Assembly (NCBI RefSeq): GCF_006345805.1 | Contig: NC_042997.1 | Coordinates: forward strand, 121,024,001 to 121,088,000 | DNA from: Octopus sinensis | Lineage: Eukaryota | Direction of reading: 5' to 3' | Length of the DNA: 64,000 nt | Shown here: one piece after another, positions 53,527-64,000 of the stretch | Position numbering within the stretch: position 1 is the stretch's first letter | Layout: every line of letters starts with the position of its first letter | The notes under the pieces: model-generated | The model's input: only the letters and a program-made list of their open reading frames with translations | What the model was told of the DNA's origin: nothing | Databases searched by the model: none | Program-made: the position numbers and the translations under genes

Positions 53527-53620
53527 TTCACTTCCGACACATGTTTCGAAGATATCACTGGTATTATTCCAAGGAATAAAATGGTGTAAAACAATGCAAT
53601 CCTCACTTCAGGGAAGTGAA
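53527..53620 (-). ncRNA. Type I hammerhead-ribozyme-like motif (family H1)
   Basis: Minus strand 5'-UUCACUUCC CUGAAGU GAGGAU ... AUCUUC GAAA CAUGUGUC GGAAGUGAA-3'. Stem I 9 bp, stem II 6 bp, short stem III ACA/UGU, GUC triplet. One core deviation (A9 to U). Confidence 0.7.
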
Positions 53621-53731
53621 GAAATACATACATACATATATATCTTATATATATATATTTCAGGGAAGTGAAGAAATACATATATAATACATATATCTTC
53701 ATATATATATTTCTTTATCAATATATATTAT

Positions 53732-53767
<36 letters not shown>

Positions 53768-54931
53768 GTGTGTGTGTGTGTGTGTTTTGTGTGTGTGTGT
53801 GTGTGGGTATGTGTGTGTGTGTATAATTATTTGAGGGAATATTATTCCTGACTTACAGGGAAAATTCAATTTAAAAATACTAATCAAATTTCACAAAATA
53901 CAATATATATATATATAAAAATTATAAAAAAAATATTTTATCAATTCAAAATGAACAATTAAATTACACCATCTAGAAAATTACATATAATATAAATATT
54001 CAAAATAAAATAACAATAATATACCGATGTAAATTGCAAATTGATAATAAAAACGTATATATTTGGTGTATATATATACATACATTTATACATACATACA
54101 CACAAATCACGACACATATATATATACAGGGTGGCCCAAAAAGAGGTTTACAGTCGTCATGTAGCCACATTAAATTTCTTTTAAAACATTTTATTTATGT
54201 ACTCCAGCAGGCTGAATCTTACGAACTATATGTTATCATTTCACTACAGTTGTCAATTGTGAAACACGCCTGTCACTTCTACTAAATTAGTGGTGGGGAA
54301 ACTTTTGACCGCAGCGTGCAAAACTTTCCAAAGAAAATATATCTGCCGGAGGGTCACCAGTTCTAACTCATATATCTGTGTAAATCTTGCATATATCTAT
54401 GTACAATTCGATATATATTAATAGAGATAAGTTTAACACATTAAATTAACGCGTAAGATCTTCAATAACACCGCCACTAAATTTAGGAAGTTTATAATAC
54501 TTCTGAGGTATTCTGTATTTTCTAGTTAAAGTGGAGCTGTGTCGAGTGCGGGGGATGGGTACTAACATAGCAATATGTGTCTTATAGTGATAACAACATT
54601 TCCATTCATGTATGTCGCAAATAGGCATACGAATATTGCATAAATTTAAAAATTGAAAAAATTACTATCTTTTGTACATACAAGTATATTAGCCTGCGGG
54701 CGAAGTTGTGCCCATAGGCGGTTTTTCCCCAGCTCTGTAATAAATAAACCTGATGATTGTACGATGTATCAAAGTAATAATTTTATCATAAGAAATATAT
54801 AATATTCTATTATTACAATATTGTAAAAGTGTACAATTGTTAGCTAATACAACGTGAAAATAAAATTACAGTGGATCTTCATTGATTAACACGCACACAT
54901 ATGTATATACATATATATATGTGTATATATT

Positions 54932-54990
<59 letters not shown>

Positions 54991-55411
54991 TATAACAAAA
55001 TGTAGGTGGCATACGAATGGGTATGTAGTTATAAGAAGAGTTTGAAAACGCAACTATATATGATAAATTTTAATTCCTTGGAGATTTTAGTTGTTTCGGT
55101 TCTTCTTGAAAAAACTAACCTCATCAAAAATATTTTTAAAAGTTAAGTGTAACAAAAAAAGTTTCTTACTAGTCTCAACAGAGTCCACGTGGTGATATGT
55201 GGGGGCAGCATAATGCTTGTCATATGCGTTGCCTAGAATCGTTGGCTGCAATTGTGAAAGTCTCCGATGGCCGTAATACCAGTAGTAGCAGAGACCGCTG
55301 GTCGTAGTAGTTGTGGGAGTAGTATATATATATATATATACCGGAGTAAACACATAAATGTGAAACAAGGTGGAAAAAAGAGTACTCAAATACCAGGGGT
55401 AGAGTAATATG

Positions 55412-55624
55412 CTTTATTTAAAAGCAGCAGAAATTCAAAAAACCTGTTACTCAGAGTTTCCCGTTCGTCGGACAGTTTTGTTAAAACGTGTTACTCGGAC
55501 AAAACCTGTTACTCGGAGTTTCACGTTCCCGTTCGTCGGACAGTTTTAACAAAACTGTCCGACGAACGGGAACGTGAAACTCCGAGTAACATGTTTTGTT
55601 GAATTTCTGCTGCTTTTAAATAAA

Positions 55625-55625
<1 letters not shown>
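55412..55625. repeat. Foldback with a perfect 40-bp palindrome core carrying hammerhead-like motifs (family H3)
   Basis: 55508-55547 and 55551-55590 are exact reverse complements with a 3-nt spacer. Outer arms 55412-55453 and 55583-55625 are also inverted. Each inner arm reads CUGU CCGACGA ACG GGAA CGU GAAA CUC C GAG UA ACA. Confidence 0.9.
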
Positions 55626-55697
<72 letters not shown>

Positions 55698-56411
55698 TGC
55701 ACTGTTCCGTGTTGGTAAGATCAAGAAAAATGTAGTCCATCTGGTGAGATATGAATATTTTTTAATAAACACAATATCTGATTCTTATGTGCTACTATTA
55801 TTTTCATGTAATGTTTGCATGCTAAACACTGTTTTTAACGCACCTGGTGTCTCAGAACACTCTTCAGGTACAGCCCACATGGCTTAACAACCTGAATTTC
55901 GGACGACAGCATAACGGAAAAGCGACAAAAGCCGACAAAATGTAAACCTAAAAGGTGGAAAAGGTACATAGAATGAAGCAAAGAGGTACCACGCATTTTT
56001 TATTTCCTTTTTCGTTTTCCTGTTTTTCCACGTTCTACCTTTGATATCTACGTTTGTCTCGTCTTTTTCCGCTTTTTCCCTCAGCTTATCGTTCCATTTT
56101 TACTTTATTCTGCCAAATGCGCAGTGCTTGAAATTTGTCCTGAGGCACCGTACTGTCTGGCATGCTCTCTTCACATGAAGCTATAAGTAGCACATAAACA
56201 GTAATACTGCGCTTATTAAATTCGCACACACACAGACACACTCGTACAAACAGAGACACAGACACAAACACACATATGCGTACACATATATATATATTTA
56301 TAAACACACAACCCACAAGTGTAAACATGAGAGACAGAGAAAGGCAGAGACAAGGAAAATGCCAATTATATTTGTACACTATACAAATATTCTTTAAAAA
56401 AAAAATTTCTG

Positions 56412-56554
56412 TTAATTTTTCTAAATTTAATTATTTGATTGTTACACTTCAAAAGGTCTCAATGAGTGAAACCGGTACTGAAATGTTCTTTATAAAATTA
56501 TTTTGGCATTTTCCATCCTGACTTGTTTTTTCATATATATATTATATATATATG

Positions 56555-56600
<46 letters not shown>

Positions 56601-57512
56601 GTAGAGAGAGAGAGAGAGATGAATAAAGAAATAAATGGTGTTGAACGAAAATGTTAATAAAATTCCCTTACCTTCGACATATGTTTCGAAGACAGCATGG
56701 TTTTATTCCAAAGGAATAAACGGTGTAAGATGCAATCTTCTTATTAGGAAAGAAAGTGTCTCTGTCAGCAACAAGACATTATAACATTAACGATGGCTGT
56801 CTACGTGATAAACAGAATGTTATTAAGCATTTAAAAAAACCGTTAGTAGATTCGACGTCAAAGGCAGATAGGTGGAGGAGAAGGGTTAAAGGGATAGTAA
56901 TTAGGGAGCAAATAGAGAGGGAGGGATACGTTGATTAAAAGAATCTTCAAAGCCTTAGGAAAAAATCATCTATTGAAGTGAAGTGCAAGTTAAACTAATT
57001 GTTCAAACTATAATGACTGGCGAAATCACTTATATGAGTAAAATGTATGTTTCTGCCACGGTTTACATTTGTACGATCTCTCTATGGGTGTGTTTACAAG
57101 GGGATTCTTCAAGAAGAGAATATGGAAGAGTTCAGAGTTGCAAATGTTACAAAATCTTTTGCTCTTATCGAAAGGAAAGGATGCGGACAGAATGACCCAA
57201 CCTAACTTGAAATCTATATTGTTGTCTTTAAGACGCTAAACTAATTTACTTAGCCCTGTACTATGTCGCTTTTTGCCATCCCTAAATGAAGAATAATGAT
57301 TTGAAATTCTTTTGGATAACTGGGAAGTCGAATTTTTCATGTTAACGGTAAACAGAGGATAATTCATTCACACATCGAAATATATATATATAAGAAAAAG
57401 CAAGTCAAGATAGAAAATGCTATAATAATTTTATAAAGATCATTTCAGTACAGGTTTCACTCATTGAGACCTTTTCAACTGTAACAATTAAATAATTAAA
57501 TTTAGAAAAATT
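56412..57512. repeat. Diverged inverted repeat, ~125-bp arms
   Basis: 56412-56535 versus ~57385-57512, sharing aatttttctaaatttaattattt...aaaaggtctcaatgagtgaaacc.gtactgaaatg.tctttataaaattatt. Roughly a dozen differences by eye. Confidence 0.8.
56671..56752 (-). ncRNA. Degenerate hammerhead-like motif (family H1, second copy)
   Basis: Minus strand CUUUC CUAAUAA GAAGAU ... GUCUUC GAAA CAUAUGUC GAAGG. Core has two G-to-A changes, but stems I-III still pair. Confidence 0.55.
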
Positions 57513-57563
57513 ATATATATACATACATGCATATATGTATATATATATATATATATATATTTA

Positions 57564-57620
<57 letters not shown>

Positions 57621-57719
57621 CATATATATATTTATTTATTTATATATATTTATTTGTTTATTCATTTATTTATATATGTATATATATATATATTATATAT
57701 GTATGTATGTATATATATA

Positions 57720-57760
<41 letters not shown>

Positions 57761-57770
57761 AAGATAGTTT

Positions 57771-57882
<112 letters not shown>

Positions 57883-59251
57883 TGTGCTTTTCAACTTATT
57901 TACAAATTCGTACACTTCCTATACGTTTTACGTTCTAATAACGATTATGATAAATAGGAAAAAATTCGCATTTTGAAACACTTTAGGACAATCACCGAAT
58001 ATAGTAAATGCTGTGTCAATGTATAAGCATAATCGTGCGTGAGAAGCAACTGCAGTATGAACATCCTCATTTTTCTGACTGCAGAATAGAAAATATCATA
58101 TGGATTTTCTCTAGATGATAGATTGTATAAAGATGAAGTGCATTTGTAAAAGGAGTTATATACTAGAACGAGCTAAACGTCATTGAAAAATTTATTTAAT
58201 TCTATGAGCCTGGAATATGTTTCTGTTTTCACCGAAATCTTAAGAAAACATATTTGTTATTATTTGCAAGAAAGTCACTGTTACAAATTTCTTTCAGTTA
58301 ATTTTATCTCAGCTAAGATGCTGAATATACGAAAACGTATTTCAACCAAAATACTTCATCTAAACATTTGGAAAGGCATAAAAAAATTAAAGATTTTGAA
58401 TAACTTATTTTGTTACTGTTTAACACCAATATGGTTCTGTTCTTTTGTCACGTGTGTATTCATATTAATTAACTTGCCGTTTTGTTAACCACCCTATACA
58501 TAAAAGTAAAGTATCAAAGTGAACCTTTATTCTACACGTGTTTAGGGTTAAATTCCACGTTAATGCGGTACCTTTTCCTTCACGTATTGACGTTTTTTAT
58601 TGCTTCGTCTATGTTGAGTAAAGCATGTTACTAAAGGAACATGATATTAAGTCCTTGTCATCCCAGAGCTGAGCAAACAGATTAGAGATTTCCCATTTAC
58701 TTGCGATAACTTTATCTAATGTGAATGTCCATTTTTGAAACAGAATTGCGGTACACACACACAAACACACGCACTCACACATACACACGCACATACAGAG
58801 AAATACACGCAGGAACACACAGACGCACTCACAGACAGAGGCAAATATACACACACACATATATATATATATATAATTATAATTTATGGTATCTAAGAGA
58901 TACCACTACGCTGGAAATAGCAGTCAAATTTGACTCTAAAACTACATTAATCCCTAAATTATAATTTTAAATAATTACTACCTTTTATTCCCATGTTGGC
59001 CACCTGATAAAATCGGCATTTAAATATTGATCTTATCCTATATATATATATAATATATATATATATATGATATATATATATATATATATTATATAATAAT
59101 ATATTACATACACACACGCATTATACATACATACATACATATACATACATAATAATATTAATACTACATACATAATGCATACATACATACATACATACAT
59201 ACATACATACACACATACATACATACATACATACACATTACCATACATACA

Positions 59252-59282
<31 letters not shown>

Positions 59283-59661
59283 GTACATACATACTTACAT
59301 ACTAGCCAGTATATTGATTTTAAGCAGCTGACCTCGAATGGAAAGGTCTGCAAACAGAACTCTGAATTGTTTTGGAAAATTTGTTGCAATTGCTTCCTCT
59401 AGAGACACATACCAACGATGACCATATTTGTCGCAAAAACTTCATGCAAAAAGTCACGTAAAAACATCAGCGAAAAGAACCACCGTAACGAAAACTTGGG
59501 GATCCAAAATTTCAGAATTATGGGTCCGGATTCGGCCCGAAATGTTTTTAATTTACTCACGAAGTCAGTCTGGTTCCAAAATGGTATGATATATTGAGCT
59601 ACGGCCAAGTTGAAACTGTGAGACACTGACATTCACATATATTATATTATTATATTATATT

Positions 59662-60030
59662 AAGGCGGCGAGCTGGCAGAATCGTCAGCACGTTGGGCGA
59701 AATTCTTAACTGTATTTCGTCTGCCGCTACGTTCTGAGTTCAAATTCCGTCGAGGTCGACTTTGCCTTTCATCCTTTCGGGTTCGATTAAATAAGTACCA
59801 GTTACGCACTGGGGTTGATGTAATCGACTTAATCCGTTTCTCTGTCCTTGTTTGTCCCCTCTGTGTTTAGCCCTTTGTGGGTAGTAAAGACAGGTATTTC
59901 GTCGTCTGCCGTTAGGTTTTGAGTCCGAATTCTACCGAGGTCAACATTGCCTTTTATCTTTTCGGGGTCGATTGAATTAGTACCAGTTACGTACTATGTA
60001 ATCGACTTAATCCCTTCCCCACAAATTTAA
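59662..60030 (+). mobile_element. tRNA-derived SINE, family B, with duplicated core
   Basis: Head aaggcggcgagctggcagaatcg...gagttcaaattcc. The core gaggtcgactttgcctttcatcctttcgggttcgattaaataagtaccagttac appears twice. Confidence 0.85.
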
Positions 60031-60416
60031 GTAATCGTGCTTCCAGTAAAACAGATTTATTAAAGTTGAAAACGTGTGACACTAACATTCACAATTATTA
60101 TATTAGACATGTTTAATTTTGGGGAAACTTTATTTCAATTAAAGTATATTTTATATATAGATGTTCGTGTGTCTGTGTCTATGCATTAAAGAAAGCAAAA
60201 AATAAAGCAAAAATGATATGATCAGTATGGTGGTGACAGGAATTTCTGTCAAACGGACATGGTTAAACAAAGTTGTACATCATCTCCCTCTTTCTCTCAC
60301 ATGCCCACAGTTCCTTTCTCTTTTCTTATTACTCCCAATGCCACCAACATCAATAATACTTTTAATAAAACATCAAATCTCCCTAAATTTCTTTATCTCT
60401 CTTTCTCACCTCTTTT

Positions 60417-60454
<38 letters not shown>

Positions 60455-60692
60455 CGCCACCGCCCTCATCGACTGTATGCCCTCTATTACTTTCACCCCA
60501 TCATGTGGAATAGTAGTGAGAGAGGGTCTAAGTGCGAAACACTGACACACACATTTATTATATATTATATATATACACACATACATATATATATATACAG
60601 GGATTGTATAAATACATGAAGGTAGAAAGGTAGATGGATAGATAGATAGATATATTGATAGACATATAAATAGATAGACATATAGATAGATA

Positions 60693-60760
<68 letters not shown>

Positions 60761-60765
60761 TATAT

Positions 60766-60802
<37 letters not shown>

Positions 60803-60890
60803 GATAGATAGTTAGATAGATAGATAGATAGATAGATGATAGATAGATAGATAGATAGATAAATAAACAGATAGATAGATAGATAGATAT

Positions 60891-60942
<52 letters not shown>

Positions 60943-60957
60943 TAGATAGATAGATAG

Positions 60958-60996
<39 letters not shown>

Positions 60997-61028
60997 ATAA
61001 ACAGATAGATAGATAGATAGATTGATAA

Positions 61029-61073
<45 letters not shown>

Positions 61074-61299
61074 GATAGATAGATAGATAGATAGATAGAT
61101 TGATAAATAGATAGATAGATAGTTAACGGGAGGACTGCTGTGAAGAGAGGCAGATGTAGCAACCTTATGAGACTAACTTCCTCAGCAAATGAAGAACTGA
61201 AACTGTCGATATATATAAACATGTGTGTGTTTGTGCGCGCGCGTGTATGTATGTGAGTGTGTCTATCTGTATATACTTACGAATAGATATGTATAAGTG

Positions 61300-61359
<60 letters not shown>

Positions 61360-61403
61360 ACATATTGTGTATATGTGTGTTTGTGTGTATACACACACAC
61401 ACG

Positions 61404-61462
<59 letters not shown>

Positions 61463-64000
61463 TTATACTTACATATATATATATAAGTATCTTTATGCAT
61501 GTATATATGCATATCAATGTGTGTGCGTTTGAGTCTGTGTTTGTGTCTCCAGGTTTGTGTGTGTGCTTGTGTGTGTGCGTGCGTGGGTACATTGAACGTT
61601 TTTATTTGCTTGAAGCATTGAAGCTTAGAAACGTAAAGCATAGTGCTGAGAAGATTAAACAAAAATATCAAGCGACAATCCTATAGAATCTTCAACTAAA
61701 TTATATATTATGATCCTGATAATCCAATAAGAATTTGTTTGCAAATTAAGAATACGACGGTTGTATGTATTTGCAGCTCTTTTGTGAGGATTGTTTAGTG
61801 AAATCTAATAGATTTACATTCGTTGAGCTGTGGTAACGTTGAGAAGAGAATATTTTCTGATTTCTAAGCCTTGCCCGTCAGATATAAAAATTATATACTT
61901 GTTCCACACATCTGGTGTGGACGCCGAAGCGAGAAGTTAACAGAAGACTATTAAACAGGATTCGACAGAGAGCACACGAGGCAAAATGTATCCACTACAC
62001 TCCACGATTTGTCACGGGTCAACAGAAAAGTGGCTTGCAGTAGCCAAATGTGAATATAACTGCGAATATATGTTAGTTACAATATCGTTTGAAGCGAATT
62101 TGGTCGAATATTAAATAATTATTATAGTTTTCAAATCCAATATCGCAGCATTGATTATGTATTCTGTATTCAACAACTCCCAGATTCTTTCCTTTCAATG
62201 TAATTAGAAAACACGGCCCCGTTTTAAAGTAGTCCGTGGTATGCATTCTGAGTGGAATCCTTCTTCTTCGATGTAATAATGAGATCTCCGTTTTGTCCAA
62301 TTTCATAGAGAAGTGGACAACACTAGAATGGAAAATATCTTCATTTACTCCATGTTGCTTTGTTCCAACTATCTTCGTAATGCTTTCCTTTTACTACTCA
62401 AGAATCTGTTTCTCATCACTTTTTTCCTATCCTACTGGAGTACTTGTTTACAATTATCGTTTGTCTTATTATTATAGTAGTTGTTGGTGATGCTGCTTCT
62501 TGCTGTTCTTACCAGTAACGTTTTCATTATCTCTGTGTATATATTACATTACTCTAATTGGTAGAGAAAAATTTCATATTAAAATGGCATTTGTCATTTA
62601 AGAGAGACATTTATTACATCATAATGATAAACTATTGTTGCAGCAAAGACCAGAACATGTCTGTTTTAATATCTTTTCTATTGCCAGTCCATGTCTGACA
62701 ATTCAAATATTGAATGATAGTTTTAAGGAGACAAAGTTTAATGCAGAGAGTATAGAATAAAGAAGAAAAATACGGAAACAGGTCCACGTATTAAGTGTGC
62801 ACTGATAATAATGGAACAATGTAGAAATGATAACTTTCAAAGCATGGTGCCATTCAATGAGTTTATCGATTTCAATTTATTGTTATATTTCAGAAATAAA
62901 ATATTCGTCCTTGAATCGTTTTCGAACAACGTTATTACAACTGCATTAATTGTTTTATGAGTAGAGTTCCAAAGATTCTAAAACGCTGTCATGTCGTTTT
63001 ACTTTATTTTATTTATCTTTTTCATCATTTGTCCATAGATTATATTCTTTTAAAATTTCATCTTTGAACTTCCTTATTTTGAAATTTATCATTTGTCTTT
63101 GCCACCAGAATTCCCTATTTTTAATGACACGTTGTAGTATATATGGAATCGAAAAAACACCGTTCATATCTTCAATCTTTACGCTATTCATATCATGTAA
63201 TTTTCGAAAACAGTGCTGATAAATTCATTTTTGTTTTAATAAAACAAATGACACACCTTTCAATTCTTTCTTATAATTATTCATTTTCTTTAAAGAAACA
63301 TGTAATTTCCTAATTACAAATGTCATCGCTGTACCATTCTTTTCTCCTCCAGTATATTTGGCACCTCTCTCATCTTTAACTGTTGAAGTAATTTTTGTTG
63401 TAATTTTTTTTTCAAACTATTATTTACAACAAGCGTAAAATATTCATTTGACGCCTAAGTTATTTCTTTTCTCCAACTGACGCACTTTTTCAAAAGATTT
63501 AATTGAAACTAAACAACATCAGCACTCTGTTCTATTATTGGTCGCAATCTGTTTGTTATGTTTAATAACAGACTGATTTTTTAATCGATAAATTGTTCTA
63601 AACGAATATTAAGTATTGTCTCAAAAACTCCATTTCTTTTTTTTAATTGTCTGAGAAGAATTTCTTTTTTCTTTTTTTTTCGTGTTATTAACAAAGAATA
63701 TTTTCTCGTTTCTGATTTCATTTTCCAGTGGCGCCATGTATAGTGGGCAAATAACTCTAGAATTTTAAGCTTCTCGATTTATGATTCCAACATGATAAAG
63801 AATATCTTATTGCAAATTTATGGAAAATAGAAACTAGCAGAAAATGAAAACAAAGCTCCTTAAGTAAAAATGATACACAGATATTTCGAAACATAATTTG
63901 ATTTTATAAAGGAGCACAAAAGTATTGTCATAGAAATCGCCTAATTACAATCTTCAAAAACGGTGAATTGACCTATAATGCAAACATAACAGAGACACCG

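Noticed and set aside
54125-54320. Tc1/mariner-like left end (tacagggtggcccaaaa) and a similar stub at ~38547-38595
   Set aside because: Matching opposite ends are absent or too degenerate to delimit an element.
57101-57240. Frame beginning GFFKKR after an AG, reminiscent of the integrin-alpha GFFKR motif
   Set aside because: It is a six-residue match only, with no transmembrane or FG-GAP exons found. Another frame (FRVANVTK) equally resembles decayed CR1-type RT.
61777-61832. Exon-like segment LFCEDCLVKSNRFTFVELW resembling the start of a B-box
   Set aside because: The remaining B-box ligands are absent, and the next acceptor gives a stop in frame.

Overview
AT-rich, microsatellite-dense animal DNA made up mostly of transposable-element relics. 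The SINE families look like those of octopod cephalopods (inference from recognition, not a database result). No host protein-coding gene could be recognised with confidence, and most ORFs in the supplied track are translations of (TA)n/(CA)n/(GATA)n repeats. Supported content: (1) two 5'-truncated R4/Dong-type REL non-LTR retrotransposons in tandem, each bounded by (TAA)n, plus a third decayed fragment; (2) a complete-length 1,275-bp mariner with TA duplication inserted into the second Dong copy, and a second decayed mariner; (3) a Penelope RT/GIY-YIG fragment and a decayed Penelope-like RT of possible Naiad type; (4) a Tx1/L1-group fragment; (5) Helitron termini and a helicase remnant; (6) many tRNA-derived SINEs. 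The most interesting signal is a set of short type I hammerhead-ribozyme-like motifs from at least three sequence families, lying next to (TA)n tracts, with pairing retained between divergent copies. Several sit inside short inverted duplications. These resemble Penelope-associated minimal hammerheads, a known class, but they are invisible to ORF-based annotation. Coordinates were read by eye and may be off by a few bases where no exact junction is quoted.
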